64,000 nucleotides of DNA from Paraspadella gotoi (taxonomy: Eukaryota; Animalia; Chaetognatha): assembly GCA_051294375.1 (NCBI GenBank), contig CM119266.1, positions 4,586,573 to 4,650,572 of the forward strand, read 5' to 3'. Positions 1-12,680 of the stretch are shown here, one piece after another. The position numbers and the translations under genes were made by a program. Numbering within the stretch: position 1 is the stretch's first letter; each line of letters begins with the position of its first letter. The notes beneath the pieces were generated by a model, which was not told the origin of the DNA, did not search any database, and saw only the letters and a program-made list of their open reading frames with translations.

Positions 1-538
1 AAATGACTCATTAACTCTCCATACTCAACATCTGTTAGAATTTTTCTGTGATAGTCAAATTCTGTGATTCTCCGTATTTTTGTTTTAAATTTTTGATGCC
101 CCGTTTGGACGACCAGTCTACCTCATTTGTTTTGTTGTCTTTTTTTCTTTCAGAAAAAAAAAATTCTCGTTAATAACGAAATCAAATTTGACGTTATTAT
201 ATATATATATATTATACTATTTTGGATACAATATTCTTGCCTGTGCAATTAATTTTATTTTAACGACTGTTATCTTTAGATTGTCGATGTAATTACCCTT
301 ATTTATTTTTTTTCTTTATTTTCTATAGATAATTTTTCAGAAATGAACCGCGTTTTTTTTTAAATTAAAGTTTAAGTTTTTATTACTTTTCTTGTGATAT
401 CGAGGTCACCAATCTTATTGTTCTCTTTCCAAGCGGTTGCTGTCAGTGTAGGTACAGTTGAAAAAGAACCCCCTCTCTGACCTTGCGGAGAAGGGAGAAG
501 ACGTCGGGAGAGAAACCGTGCTACAAGACGGAAATCTG
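1..538 (+). repeat. Near-identical copy of 7438-~7968, probably an assembly or gap-fill duplication
   Basis: aaatgactcattaactctcc...gagagaaaccgtgcta occurs at both places, differing mainly by 1-nt indels. The first copy ends at the N gap. Confidence 0.9.
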
Positions 539-563
539 NNNNNNNNNNNNNNNNNNNNNNNNN
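539..563. other. Assembly gap (25 N)
   Basis: Run of 25 Ns. Confidence 0.99.
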
Positions 564-3500
564 TATCCGCATAAAGAAAAAGAGGGAAATGAGGACGTTC
601 CTTTCCGTTTTCCTTCTGTATTCTTCGGAATCCGACGAAGAAAAAAAAAGAGGATTACAAATTGAGAGGGATTCGCCCTGGTTAAATGTAAAAAAAAAAG
701 GGGTTTTTGTTGTGGTGTATAGGTTGTTTCCGCCGCGGTGAGGGGAGAAGTTAGGAAGAGGGAATTCCAGGTATCCACGTAAAGAGAAATGGCAGGGAAA
801 AAGAAAGGATACAAATAGAACAAGGCGATCAAGGAGGAGGGTACGTAAGATCAGGAAACTAATGTGGAGACGAAGGACGACTAGATGGTCGTCTCGTCGT
901 TTGGCGTTTCGAACTGCGTACGACCGTTTTGACATGCAGATGACTTTAGCAAAGGATCCCTTTTAGCCTTTTAGCCTTCCTATGATCCTGGCCCATTAGC
1001 ATATGGGCTTGGACACAATCAGAGAGGTACGGTCGCCGCGGCGAGGAAAGGAAGAGGGGGGAGGAGAAAGGGGAGGGAAAAGGAAAAGAGGGGAGGGAGG
1101 AAGGAGGAAAGGAGAGGGGGAGGGAGGAAAAGGGGGAGGAAAGGGAGGGGAGGGAGGAAGAAGAGAAAGGGAGGAAAGAGAGGGGAGGAAGGAGAAGGGG
1201 AGAAGGAGGAGGGGAGGAGAAGGGAGAGGAAAAGAGAGGATTAGAAAGAGGAGGAAGAAAGAAGGAAAGGAAAGAAACGGGAAGATAGGAAAAGAATCAA
1301 ATTAAAATAAGAAAATATGATATTATAAAAACATTATAGAAATATTCTAATATTTAATAGGGAAGCCAATTGCTCTGAGAGGAAAAAAATAAGTCTTGAT
1401 TGAAAGCTTGCAGGGTCAGCTAGGTAATTATCTTTGTAAGGCCTTAACATTCCATACTCCATAGCTTGTCCGAAGTCAGGGAAAGATGCCTTATTTATTG
1501 GATGAATGATCATAATCTATTTATAACATAGATAAGAGATATACTATTATTATAAAAGAAGAAAATGAACGAGAAAGAAGTAAATCATAATAAGGATTAA
1601 CTGTAACAATTGAGGGAACAGAAAATGATCAAAGCGAAATCGTCGTAATCTTCGTCATCTACGAAATTCTTCGTTGTCTAAATCTAAGAACCCGAGATTT
1701 TCAGGGTGCAAAGGTCTTCGAAGGGTTCAAGGGTTCTTGGTTTCAAAGTTTCAGGGTGTGGAGGACGAGCGCGAACGACGAGGGCGCCTCGCGTCGCTAG
1801 CCGATGGGCGTCGCCAATCAGGGTCGTCATTGCGAGAGGGGCGTGGTCCGGCGACGTCTTACATGTGCGTGATCATTGCGCGAGGATTGCGTGCACAAAG
1901 CTGTGCACAATGCGTGCGCAGTCGCGCTGGTCGGGAGAAGAATCGGACAAGCGTCTCTCTCTTTGTTTCGCTCGGATCATTGAAGTTAGATATATTTGAA
2001 ATGTTTATTTTATTATTTATCTAAATTATCAAACTCACTATGTGTTGTATTTTTGCTTAACCTCTCTCCTAGTGCCCACACAAACTTTCCTCTGGACACC
2101 ATAATAGTCCACTTCTTTTAGGATAGTACTTTGTTTATTATTCAAATTACAGTGTAAATATATTTCACCTGAATAAAATTGTGTAACTAACACAAAGCAA
2201 ACAATCTCGCAAATTCTCTTGTCTCCAAAAACAATATCATAATTAGTGGTCTAGACATTATAGTTTAAAACGATTTGCGATTTAAATAATTACAGTCACA
2301 GATTTCAAGTCGTGACTATGTCCTGACCAATAAAAGGCCCCGAAATTAGAATAACGGTTGATGATCAATTATTTTCTCATTCCTCCGTAATGTGGCTTAG
2401 TGATTATTTCGACCGGCAGGGGGCGAAGGGGGAGAGAGAGAGAGAGGAGAAGAGACGAGAGGAGAGATGACAGTCGACCGAGGAGGAGATAGATGGACGA
2501 CGACGAGAGGATGAGTAGTAGAGAGGATGAGAGACGAGAGATGTAGAATTTGGAGACCTCTCAGCGATAGAGAGAGAGAGAGAGATTGATTTGTCCCAAT
2601 CGACGAGGGCAACCGGACATTCGTGACGACGAGTCCTGAACTCAGAGCCTCTGGCGGCGCAACTGAGAAAAGCAACTTCGAGTATAAGGACAATAACAAT
2701 AACAGTTAACAGAAGCGGAAAATTTTGACGCCCCCCTTCGCCCGCAACGACCCCGCCCTCTCGAGGCCCAGATTGAAAACGGAAGCGAAAAGAAGAAAGA
2801 AGAGGAAAAGATGGCGAGGGGGTATTGAGGTATCGAGGTATTGGGGTATTGGGGTATCGATGAATTGGGGTATTGGGGTATTGGGGCATAGGGGTGAGGC
2901 AATAGCTCGTCCGCCAGCCGCTTTCCCCTCTGCCGCCGTCGATCCTAACATCGCCCGCCGCCGCCGCCGTCAATGTCGGCAGCCGCTCGCCCACCTCTGC
3001 CGCTTTTTCCTTCCGCCGCCGCCACCTTCGTCTGCCGCTGTCGGCCGCTAGCGCGCGCCCGATCTTCCGCTACCGCCTCCCGCCGCCACTGTCGTCGCTT
3101 CTGCAGCCGCTTCCGCTTCCGTAATTGTCGTCGCCTTGCCAAAAAAAAAAAAACTGATTCTCCGTCGAAGGCAAAGATCAAAACAAGTTGGTTTTAATCA
3201 CAGATTCTGTTTTCTTTTTCTTTTTCTTTTTTTTTTTTGCGTCAAACTTTGGGCGTCTCTTCATTTCGGCGGGAAGAATCTTTTGGGGGGCGGTCGAGGG
3301 GGGGAAGGAAGGTTTTGGGGTGACGCGGGGGGGGGGGCTTAAGGGGATGGAGGGGTTAGAGAAAATAGTTTATGGAGAGATTAAGGATTAGAATTATGAT
3401 TAATTAGGTAACAGATTATGGTTAAATATTAAGTTTAATATCAAGTTCAGAGATTAAGGAACAAAAATGGACCGCTTTTGTTAAAGAGAGCCGGGAAGTT

Positions 3501-4201
3501 CTCGCGAGATAGGGGTGAGCGGGGGGGCGCGTTTGGAAATCCGAGGCCCAACGAAAATCGGAGGCGGAAAAAGGAAAAAAAGAAGAGAAAATTAAGGAAG
3601 AAGAAAAATGAGAAAATGGAAGGAGGAAAGGAAAGGAAGGATAAGGGAGAAAAAGGAAAGGAAAGGAGGGACAAGGGAGAAAAAGGAAAGGAAAGGAAGG
3701 ATTTAGAAAAGAGGAGAAAATGGTCGCGATGTTAAAAAATATTATTATCAGGGTGAGTTCGCCTCTTTCTTTGCGGGTTTGTGAAAAATTGTAAGGGTAA
3801 AATTGAGGAACGAGGTGATTTGAGTGATAAGGTAAATAAATAAGTAGTAAAGTAATATAAAGTAGTAACAGGGAAGATAAAAGAGATTACAGTATAACAG
3901 TTGGTAAGCGGGAATAAAAAGAAACTTAAAAATTGTCCAATACAAAATTACAAATGACAAAATCGCAATGAATACAGACGTTGGGCAGGCTATTGTGAAT
4001 GGTGATTTCAGACCCCTATTCCTTTTACAAAATAATCACTATTAATGAGTGATTATTAATTATTAATTATTATTATTATTATTAACCACAGAGTAAAAAC
4101 CTAAAAACTTTAAAATGAGGATCGAAAAAAGAGAACACAAGTTTATGGGCGACGAATTCTCTACCAACGCAAGAGGCAGCGCATAAAGAAAAGCCATTAT
4201 C

Positions 4202-4299
<98 letters not shown>

Positions 4300-5189
4300 G
4301 GCCGATCTCCCTCCGCCCGATTTTCGTCGAGGAAATTGGAAAAAAGAAAACTTGGCAAAGAAGATCCGGAGCCGGAGCCGCCGGCGCTGCAGTCGTCGCC
4401 GCAGCCGCAGCAGCGCAGCCGCCAGTCGCAGCCGCAGCCGCAGCCGACGTCGACGACGATGATAAACGACGATCAAAGTTTCTCTTCTTATTTTTTTGGG
4501 AAAAATAAGGGAATTTCTTTTGGGTGCAGGTGGAGGTGGAGCTGGGGTTGGGGTAGGGTGGGAGTGGGGGTTGGTTGGGAGTCCGGGGGGGGACAGAGGG
4601 AGAAGGGGGTAAAGGAATGGGGTTCCGACGACGGAGGCCAGATAAAGCTGAAGTGAGGCTAAGGTAAGGCTAGGGTAAAGTTAGAATAAGACTAATACAA
4701 TTTGTATTACAAAGGCTGAAAATGGCTGAAGTAAAATTAAGGTAAGGCTGAGAAAAGGCTAAGCAAAGGCTAAGGTTAGGCTAAGGAGGAAAGCAAAGGA
4801 GTGAAAGAAAACGGGTGAGCCCATTCTTTTTCCTTTTTTTGACAGGTGCGTTCATCGCGTAGTGGGCGTGGCGGAGGAAGGCAGCGATTCGGGTTTTTTG
4901 GACCCACGTCGGAAGTGTGTCAAAATAGGCGTCGGTATTTAGGAAAGAGTGTGCCCCGCGTGTGCGCGGTAAGCGGTATGTGAGGGAGAAATGTGCGAGA
5001 AAAGCATAGTACGAAGAGAAACATAAACGTGGGAAGTCAATGGGTGAAATCTTCAATTAAATTGAATTGAATTCTCAGATTTTTTATCTTTTGCATCGGT
5101 AGCCGGTTGTATTACGTAAGTCAGCACGTTAAACGTCAGACGTGTCCTTGCCGGAATTCGCAGCATCGGAAGTATCTATTTCAGTATCT

Positions 5190-5520
5190 GTTAGTCTCTG
5201 CTCCGGCAATCTCTGCGTCGACAATCTCTGCATCGGCATTCTCTACTCCGACAATCTTTGCACCGGCAATAACTGCATCGGCAGTTTGTTTTTTTTCCTT
5301 CTCTTTCATCATCATTTGGTATTCTTTGCTTAGGCAATCTCTTTGTTGATAAACTCTGCTTTAACAATCTCTTTGTCATTAATCTCTGTACCGGCAGTTC
5401 GTCTCTTTCCATCTCTGTTATTTGGTAGACTTTGCTTCGGCAATCTTTACGTCTGCAATCTCTACGTCGGCAATATCTATGTCTGCAATCTCTACGTCGG
5501 CAATCTCTACGTCGGTAGTT
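5190..5520 (-). repeat. Degenerate 15-bp tandem repeat (ggcaatctctacgtc); possibly a frameshifted coding exon with DVEIA pentapeptides
   Basis: The minus strand reads DVEIADVEIADIDIADVEIADVKIAE and AEIVDAEIAG, but the frame breaks. Confidence 0.45.
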
Positions 5521-6039
5521 TGTCTCTTTCCTACTTTTCCTCCGCGACTTCCGACTTAATTTCAGCCTCTGAATTTGGGTCGCGATTAATTTAACAAATT
5601 TTCGCGCGAAAAATTAAACGGAATCATTAAGACGCGCGGACGCGAGAGAGAGAAGGGGATAGCGGAAAAGAGTGAGTCGGGAGTCTTTTGCGTTTACCTT
5701 ATTATCGTTCGACTATATTTCGCTAAAAAGAAGGTTGCGGACATGTTCTGACAGTTACGGACCGGTTCGGGCAGGCCGAGACATGTTCAAAAAGGTTTGG
5801 ACGGGTTCAGTTGGACAAAATTGTAAACATAAATATCTAAAATAAGCCTAAATAGAACTTAATCACGAATCAAGTAGCCAAAGAATCGATCAGTACGGCT
5901 GATAATAGCATAGTGTGGCATTGATTCGCGTCGAATGGCATCCAATGCCAAGGACCTGCAACATCAGCGTCGAATGGCAGAATGGATTTCGAAAAGGTTC
6001 ATCGTTGAATGAGGAGTAAAACGGATTCTAATTCCGGCG

Positions 6040-6080
<41 letters not shown>

Positions 6081-6274
6081 AACAACGGGGGTAATGCTTA
6101 ATTGGAAATCGAGGATTTTTAAGACTTGATGTACTGAAACCATTACGGGCGGAAAATGGGGCCCTAAAATGGAATGGACCTAAATTTAGGATTGGAGGAA
6201 AAGCGTTGGGCTACAAATGAGGAAATGGTTAATGTTGCTAAGTGGAGAAGGGAAGAGGAAAGATTAGGGAGGAA

Positions 6275-6344
<70 letters not shown>

Positions 6345-6792
6345 AGAAGACAGAGAGAACTGGAAAGGGAGGAACAATAAAGATTAAAGAATCTGGGTAA
6401 TAAAGAGATTGGAAGGAAGAAAGAATGACAGAGAAAAATTACATCAAATCACATAAAGGAAAAAAAGTGGGGAAATCAGAAACGCGCGTTTTAAAAGAAA
6501 AAATGAAAGAAAGAAAGAAGAAAATAAAAAATAAAGTGAAAGAAGGCTAAAGAGATTTTCCTTTTCTTCTCAGTGAAAGATTTTCTACGAAAAAAGGTTG
6601 ATTGTGATTTTAAGACTAAAAAATCTTCGTTCAACTGTTAAGCCATAAGCTTTAAGGCTTAAGGAAATCTGGATAAAAAAAAAGGAACATCGTACGAAGG
6701 CGGAAAAGGTAAGATAGGCCGTTGAGACTCACCCCGTTCTCAGGTACAATCTAAAAGGAGCCACGCCCACTTTCTCTCTCTCTCTCTTTCTA

Positions 6793-6899
<107 letters not shown>

Positions 6900-7247
6900 C
6901 CGATGGCACTTTTTTCCAATTAAGTCGCCGATTAAAATCTTCGCGCGACAAAATCTCGAGCCACCTTTTTTTAGGCGGGAACTGAGAAAGATGGGAAAAG
7001 GGAAAGTGGGGGAAAAAAGTAAAGGAGAAATTAAAAAAACTTTAAATTTTATAAAAAAAAGCCATGTAATTGTAAATGGGGGAAATAAAAAGGAAGCTAG
7101 AAAAGGGAAGAAGGTACCAAAAAAATTGTTTTAGCTTCAAGCATCAATATGAACATGTGTTATTCGACCTTAATTTAAAAAGAATAATGTTTGGGAATTA
7201 AAAGTAACAAATATACACGTTAATTTAATTCAGACAACGAGACATTC

Positions 7248-8856
7248 ACCCTGGTCGATGCTCTTTTATCAGTCTAAACGAAATTCTTTCGAAGATTCGC
7301 TTTAAATCTCGCGCCCTTTTTGACTCGAAGAGGCTCCAGCTGATAAGGTCGTCAACAAAACAACAGTCGACTACTACAGCCATTGCCTCAAATGTTCTCC
7401 AGATGTTGATGGCGACGTCGATCATGAATGACTCCTAAAATGACTCATTAACTCTCCATCTCAACATCTGTTAGAATTTTTCTGTGATAGTCAATTCTGT
7501 GATTCTCCGTATTTTGTTTTAAATTTTGATGCCCCGTTTGGACGACCAGTCTACCTCATTTGTTTTGTTGTCTTTTTTTCTTTTCAGAAAAAAAAAAATT
7601 CTCGTTAATAACGAAATCAACATTTGACGTTATATATATATATATATATATATATCATTTTGGATACAATTATCTTGCCTGTGCAATTAATTTTATTTTA
7701 CGACTGTTATCTTTATATTGTCGATGTAATTACCCTATTTATGTTGTTTTTCTTTATTTTCTATAGATAATTTTTCAGAAATGAACCGCGTTTTTTTTTA
7801 AATTAAAGTTTCAAGTTTATTTACTTTTCTTGTGAATCGAGTCACCAATCATTTGTTCTCTTTCCAAGCGGTTGCTGTCAGTGTAGGTACAGTTGAAAAG
7901 AACCCCCTCCTCGACCTTGCGGAGAGGGAGAAGACGTCGGGAGAGAAACCGTGCTAAAGACAGGAATCGCAGGCGACGTTATGTTTATAAATAGTTTGTT
8001 GTCCACTTAGCGATTTGTTGATACTTAGTACCTTAATAAAATAAAGCATATAGATTAATAAAGATATTCGGTAAAATTTTACTTTCGCCGACCGGGGTTT
8101 TGGCGTATTTTAAAAAAACCGGCATTCCTGGAGGCATATGGAATGTAAAGTCCTGACGACCACTTATTATTCAATACGGCCCGTTCGGTCAGCGGGGCCT
8201 GTCGTCTGCTGTCCGTCGGCTGCGGAAATCCTTTGGGTAATTGTGACATGAATAAAATGATCAAAGGGGTATAGTATTGTGATAAAAATTATCGCGGCTT
8301 AAAAGAAACTAAAAATCCGACTTTTTTTATTGACATTGTATGCTCAAAATCCGTACTAATGACCTTTTTTTTTGTAATAAAGCTACTTCTTGATTAGTTT
8401 GTACAGCTTTGAGAAATTGAATTGCCCTAAGGCTAAAAGCATAAGAGTAAAAGGAATGTAACTACGTTTTTTTTTTGTTTTTTTTTTATTAAGATCTCGT
8501 CTCTGTCCATCTCCGAGGGCAAATGATGAATGAATATTGAATAGTTTTTGTTTTTATTGTGTTTAAAGTGTTTAATATCTATGTTTATGCTTCTCCTTTG
8601 TAGCATTTTATTTACTTACATTCTCTCATTTAATTATCTATTTAAGTACAAAATATACATAATTACTAGGTGGATTTTAAAGTTCCCAAGTCGTCGTCGT
8701 CGTCGTCGTCGTATGTGGCGTCGTCGTTCTTCCTTTGTTAATGATTAGCGCAGATTAATGGTGACGACGACGACGACGACGTTCTTCATAGTCTAACTAA
8801 AAGGTGAGTAATTATGTATCGCGCGTTCCAACTACGATCATCGATTAAACCTCATT

Positions 8857-8892
<36 letters not shown>

Positions 8893-9375
8893 CGGCAATT
8901 TGCATTCTTGGCATCGAGCTCATCTCGGCAATTTCCCTTTTTTAGCCGAGAATTTTATGTCGTCGCGCAATTTACCCCTGCAGGCTCTTTCGATATCATA
9001 TTCTCTCTCTCTCTCTTTCTCTCTCTCATTCCATATTCAAGACCAAACTGTTCACCATTCGTTATGGGATTTAGAAGACAAATGTACGAACATGAATTTT
9101 CGAGTGGCCCGTACTCGGTACGCGTTGCTAAGCGACCGTCTCCTTGCGGATATCCAAAGTCGAGGGTCAGCCCGTAGCAAAGCCCACTCGTTGCTCGGAA
9201 CTAATGTTTATCGTCGCTAGGGAACGGATCGTATCGATGACGAATAACGAATGACTAATACGAGTATCTGTGACGACTTGTGACATCAGATGGTCATCGT
9301 TGGATGTGGAATGGATCGGGGGTCGCAAGTTTTCGATCAGGGATGTCCTTGATCTCAGCCTCAGGGGTTCTTGTT
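7248..9375 (-). pseudogene. Exon-like fragments of a minus-strand gene, possibly F-box-containing; frame-disrupted (pseudogene or sequencing error)
   Basis: AG/GT-bounded segments translate as ESFMIDVAINIWRTFEAMAVVVDCCFVDDL (~7250-7435) and RFLSRRLLPLRKVEEGVLFNCTYTDSNRLEREQMI (~7847-7951). An F-box-like QILVLVIRY...NEWALLRADPRLW is split across frames at ~9056-9375. Confidence 0.3.
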
Positions 9376-9787
9376 TCTGAGGACAAATTATCGCTTATTG
9401 TTTTCGAATGGCTCAGTTTATTTTATTTTAAAAAAATTTACATTTACAACTTTCCATTCGTCAGTGCCTTCACCTTATATTTTTAAATAGAATAATTCAA
9501 TATCTGTTGATTGACATTAAACACGCTCGTTGCCTATATTTCTCGGCCACTTTTCCCTGTTTTAACCTATGACCCTTTGTTTTAGTTTTACTGCGTTTTC
9601 TTTACTTATCGATTATTTCATGTTTTTTTCTTAATTTAGATTTCCCGACAAAAAAAATCATTAAGATTTTTATGGTTAAAAGAAAAACTGGGTTCAGTTT
9701 CTCCGTTCCTGATTGGTGAGTCTCCAGCGCTGCGCCGTCGGCCGCGGCGTTTATTCAAATCCTTCAAGTCTCTCTGACGTCGAGACG

Positions 9788-10833
9788 ATGCAGCGAGCCG
9801 TCGCCTGCTGCCGCTCCGGCGCCTTCGAATTCGGTCAGCGTTTCCGATTTCCGACTTCGCTGACTCTTTCCGCTGCTCGTTGGTGAGTCGGTTTTAATGC
9901 TCATTTTTGGGATTTTATATTTTGTTAAAACTTAATATTAACTTAATTTTTTTTTAAACAGCCTCGTTGTTAACGGCGATTCGCCTCGACATCACAGCGA
10001 ATTCTCCGCCGGGAAACGGATGGATAACACAATATCGGTTCGTTTGGTGTGACATATTACAATTACTGAATAATAATTCTTTTTTATTTCGAGAAAAAAT
10101 ATTTAATATGATACCCTAGATATTTTAGAAAAGGCATATTGAAGAGAAAAGGAATAAGGATAGCGATAGTTTGGCGATACTTACAAAATGAAAACTAATG
10201 TAATAAAAACTGAGAAAAATTAAGGGATTAATTATAAGAGATTTCTATGTTACAGCGTTTCTCGATTCATATTGCGCGATACACCAGTTTTTTCATGGCG
10301 TCATTTTTCTTTTCCCCCTCGACAGGCGGCGCTAAGATCCCCGCATTTCCTGAGACCGCAAAGAGACAAACCCTTGCAGACCCGTGGAAGGATGACGGGC
10401 GTTTATCCGAAACTAAAAGAAAATCCTTACTACGACTATGAATTAAAGAGTGGAGCCATTGTGCCGGGTCAGTCGAAAATAAAACAAATTGACATTTACT
10501 GAGTTAGGCTAACCCCACCTATATAATAGTATATAATATAATATATATATCAATGAAGGAAGTAGGCGAGACAAGCTCCACGATCAATCCGTTTCCTGCG
10601 ATGATATTAAACGAATAGATAACTTTTCATATTAGCATGACTAATTTCATATTACACGATTCGTACCCATTTATTTATCTACAGAGCGCTCGAGTGAGTT
10701 CGAGTGGAGAGAAGTGGTGCCAACAGTTTTCATCTTCGTCGTCTTATATTTTCTTCTTTACCTTTTTCACAATAACTGCACCCCACTCGAAGACGATCTA
10801 GAAGACGATCTCACCCCGCCAAGGCGATCCTGA
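9788..10833 (+). CDS. Small 153-aa single-pass membrane protein, probably mitochondrial (4 exons)
   Basis: Exons 9788-9882, 9962-10037, 10326-10467 and 10685-10833 are GT-AG and phase-consistent. The N-terminus is Arg/Ser/Ala-rich like a presequence. A C-terminal TM (VVPTVFIFVVLYFLLYLF) is followed by an acidic tail. Confidence 0.7.
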
Positions 10834-11201
10834 AAATTGTACATATTATACGAACTTAGAAGACTGAAATGTGTGTCGTTGTGGAGATAAAAGCCTTCGT
10901 TATAATATATTGACTTTGTAGTTTATCTCTCCGGTATTAAAACGAAACGACCTCGATAGGCAAAGTAGTATAAATCTAACTTCTCTGCGGTTAATAAAAC
11001 CTAAAAAAGATTAGTCGAACCCAAGAAAAATTAAAGAATTACCTTTCCCCCTCTGCGAAGATAAGGTTGGACTAAATGTTGGTCTATTTTTACGTTACTA
11101 CTTCTCAGGTTAGCCTTACGCTTAGCGGTTGCTAATCGACTCGCTCCTCCCAAAGATTCGGCTTGACAAATCTTGTCTCTCTCTATCGCGGGATCTTCTG
11201 G

Positions 11202-11235
<34 letters not shown>

Positions 11236-12680
11236 CCTCTCCCGCCCCCGCGACGACTGTTTGCCTTTTCTCTCTGGCGACGCTACTTATTTTTTTAAAT
11301 TTCTTTTCGAAGATTTATTAGCCTTGTCGTCGTCGCCATATTGTTGCGGCGCAACGTCTTGAACTTGCCGGTTCTTGTTTTACATACATGCGATCCAGCT
11401 TGATAGAAAAAAAAATTGTCTTCTACCAGAACATCATTTGTTATCCGCCCAAATTAAACAATTCATTATTAGTAAAGAAACGAGCTTCATCTCCAGAGGC
11501 AAAACGGTCTTTAAAGGGAGTAATTTTTCCACATCTTCTCTCCTGAATCGATCATAGTGCGAGACGTCATCTACTACAAGCGTCGCGAACGTCATCGTTC
11601 TCCCTTTATCTCTCTCTCTCTCCTCAACTAATTAGTCACGTTAATCATTTGTTACGAAATGACGCTTAATCACTTCATCCCCTATCTCCCCCCTCCCTCC
11701 CCCCCCCCTCGCAGCCATGATTCTTTGAAAGAAGGATAGAATACGGCGCTAAAAGAGAAGACGCATAGACGGGACACTTCCGAGGTCTCCTTTTAATTAA
11801 TAGTTTAATTAAAGGCGATTGGTCTCGCCTGACGCGACGACGTTTAGAATTTAGATATAATTGTTTAGCGTCAAGCTGAAGTTATCTAATGAAGAAAAAG
11901 CAACAGTAGTATCGCGCGTGTATGGAGGTTACGAGAAATCTTTTTTTTTACGTATTCTATTAAAACTAATATTTAAATATACTAAATTCCATAGAAACTG
12001 ATTTTGATGCGAACAGAAGTGTACGTGGAAAGCGAGCGCGAACGGGTAAAATCAGAGGAGAGAGAGGGAGAGCATGAACGGTCTCATGTGTTAAATCTCG
12101 CCGAGGGGAGGAGTTAGCATCAGGAGAAAGATTAATTAACCATTTGCTTAATTATTTGTAATCAGGACAAATTTTCATACATCAACGGTGATGGGAAGTG
12201 GAGAGACGAAAAAAGCAAGAGCCTAACTCCGTTAGAAAAGCGCCTATGAATGCTCGATCGTGATTTCATAGAGTACTATTAAATTTAAAATTATGTTCAT
12301 TTTAACTATTCCAAATTGACTTTTTGGAAAAAAGAAAAGTCAGCTTTTTTCTTTCGTGAAATCTAATTTTGCGACAATTGGAAACTGGAACACTCATAAC
12401 AATAGATATTGTTAAAAAAGACATACTATTCAATTACACATTAATATGAAATCTTTTTTTTTCTCCCTAATGGATTTACAATGCAAAACATTTTTTTTTT
12501 AAATTTTGGCTACATATTTCGACATGTATTGCTCTGTGATCGTCTTTAACAAGAATCATACTAATGATGACATAGTAATAAAAAACAGAGTATGTCGAAA
12601 TATATATATATATCATTGTAACTATTATAGCAGAAAAAAAAGAAAACATATAACTTTTTCCCGATAACCTTTGCAGGATT

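Noticed and set aside
9039-9400. U3 snoRNA or another ncRNA
   Set aside because: Only the first few bases resemble U3 and the conserved boxes are missing; it reads better as a damaged minus-strand exon.
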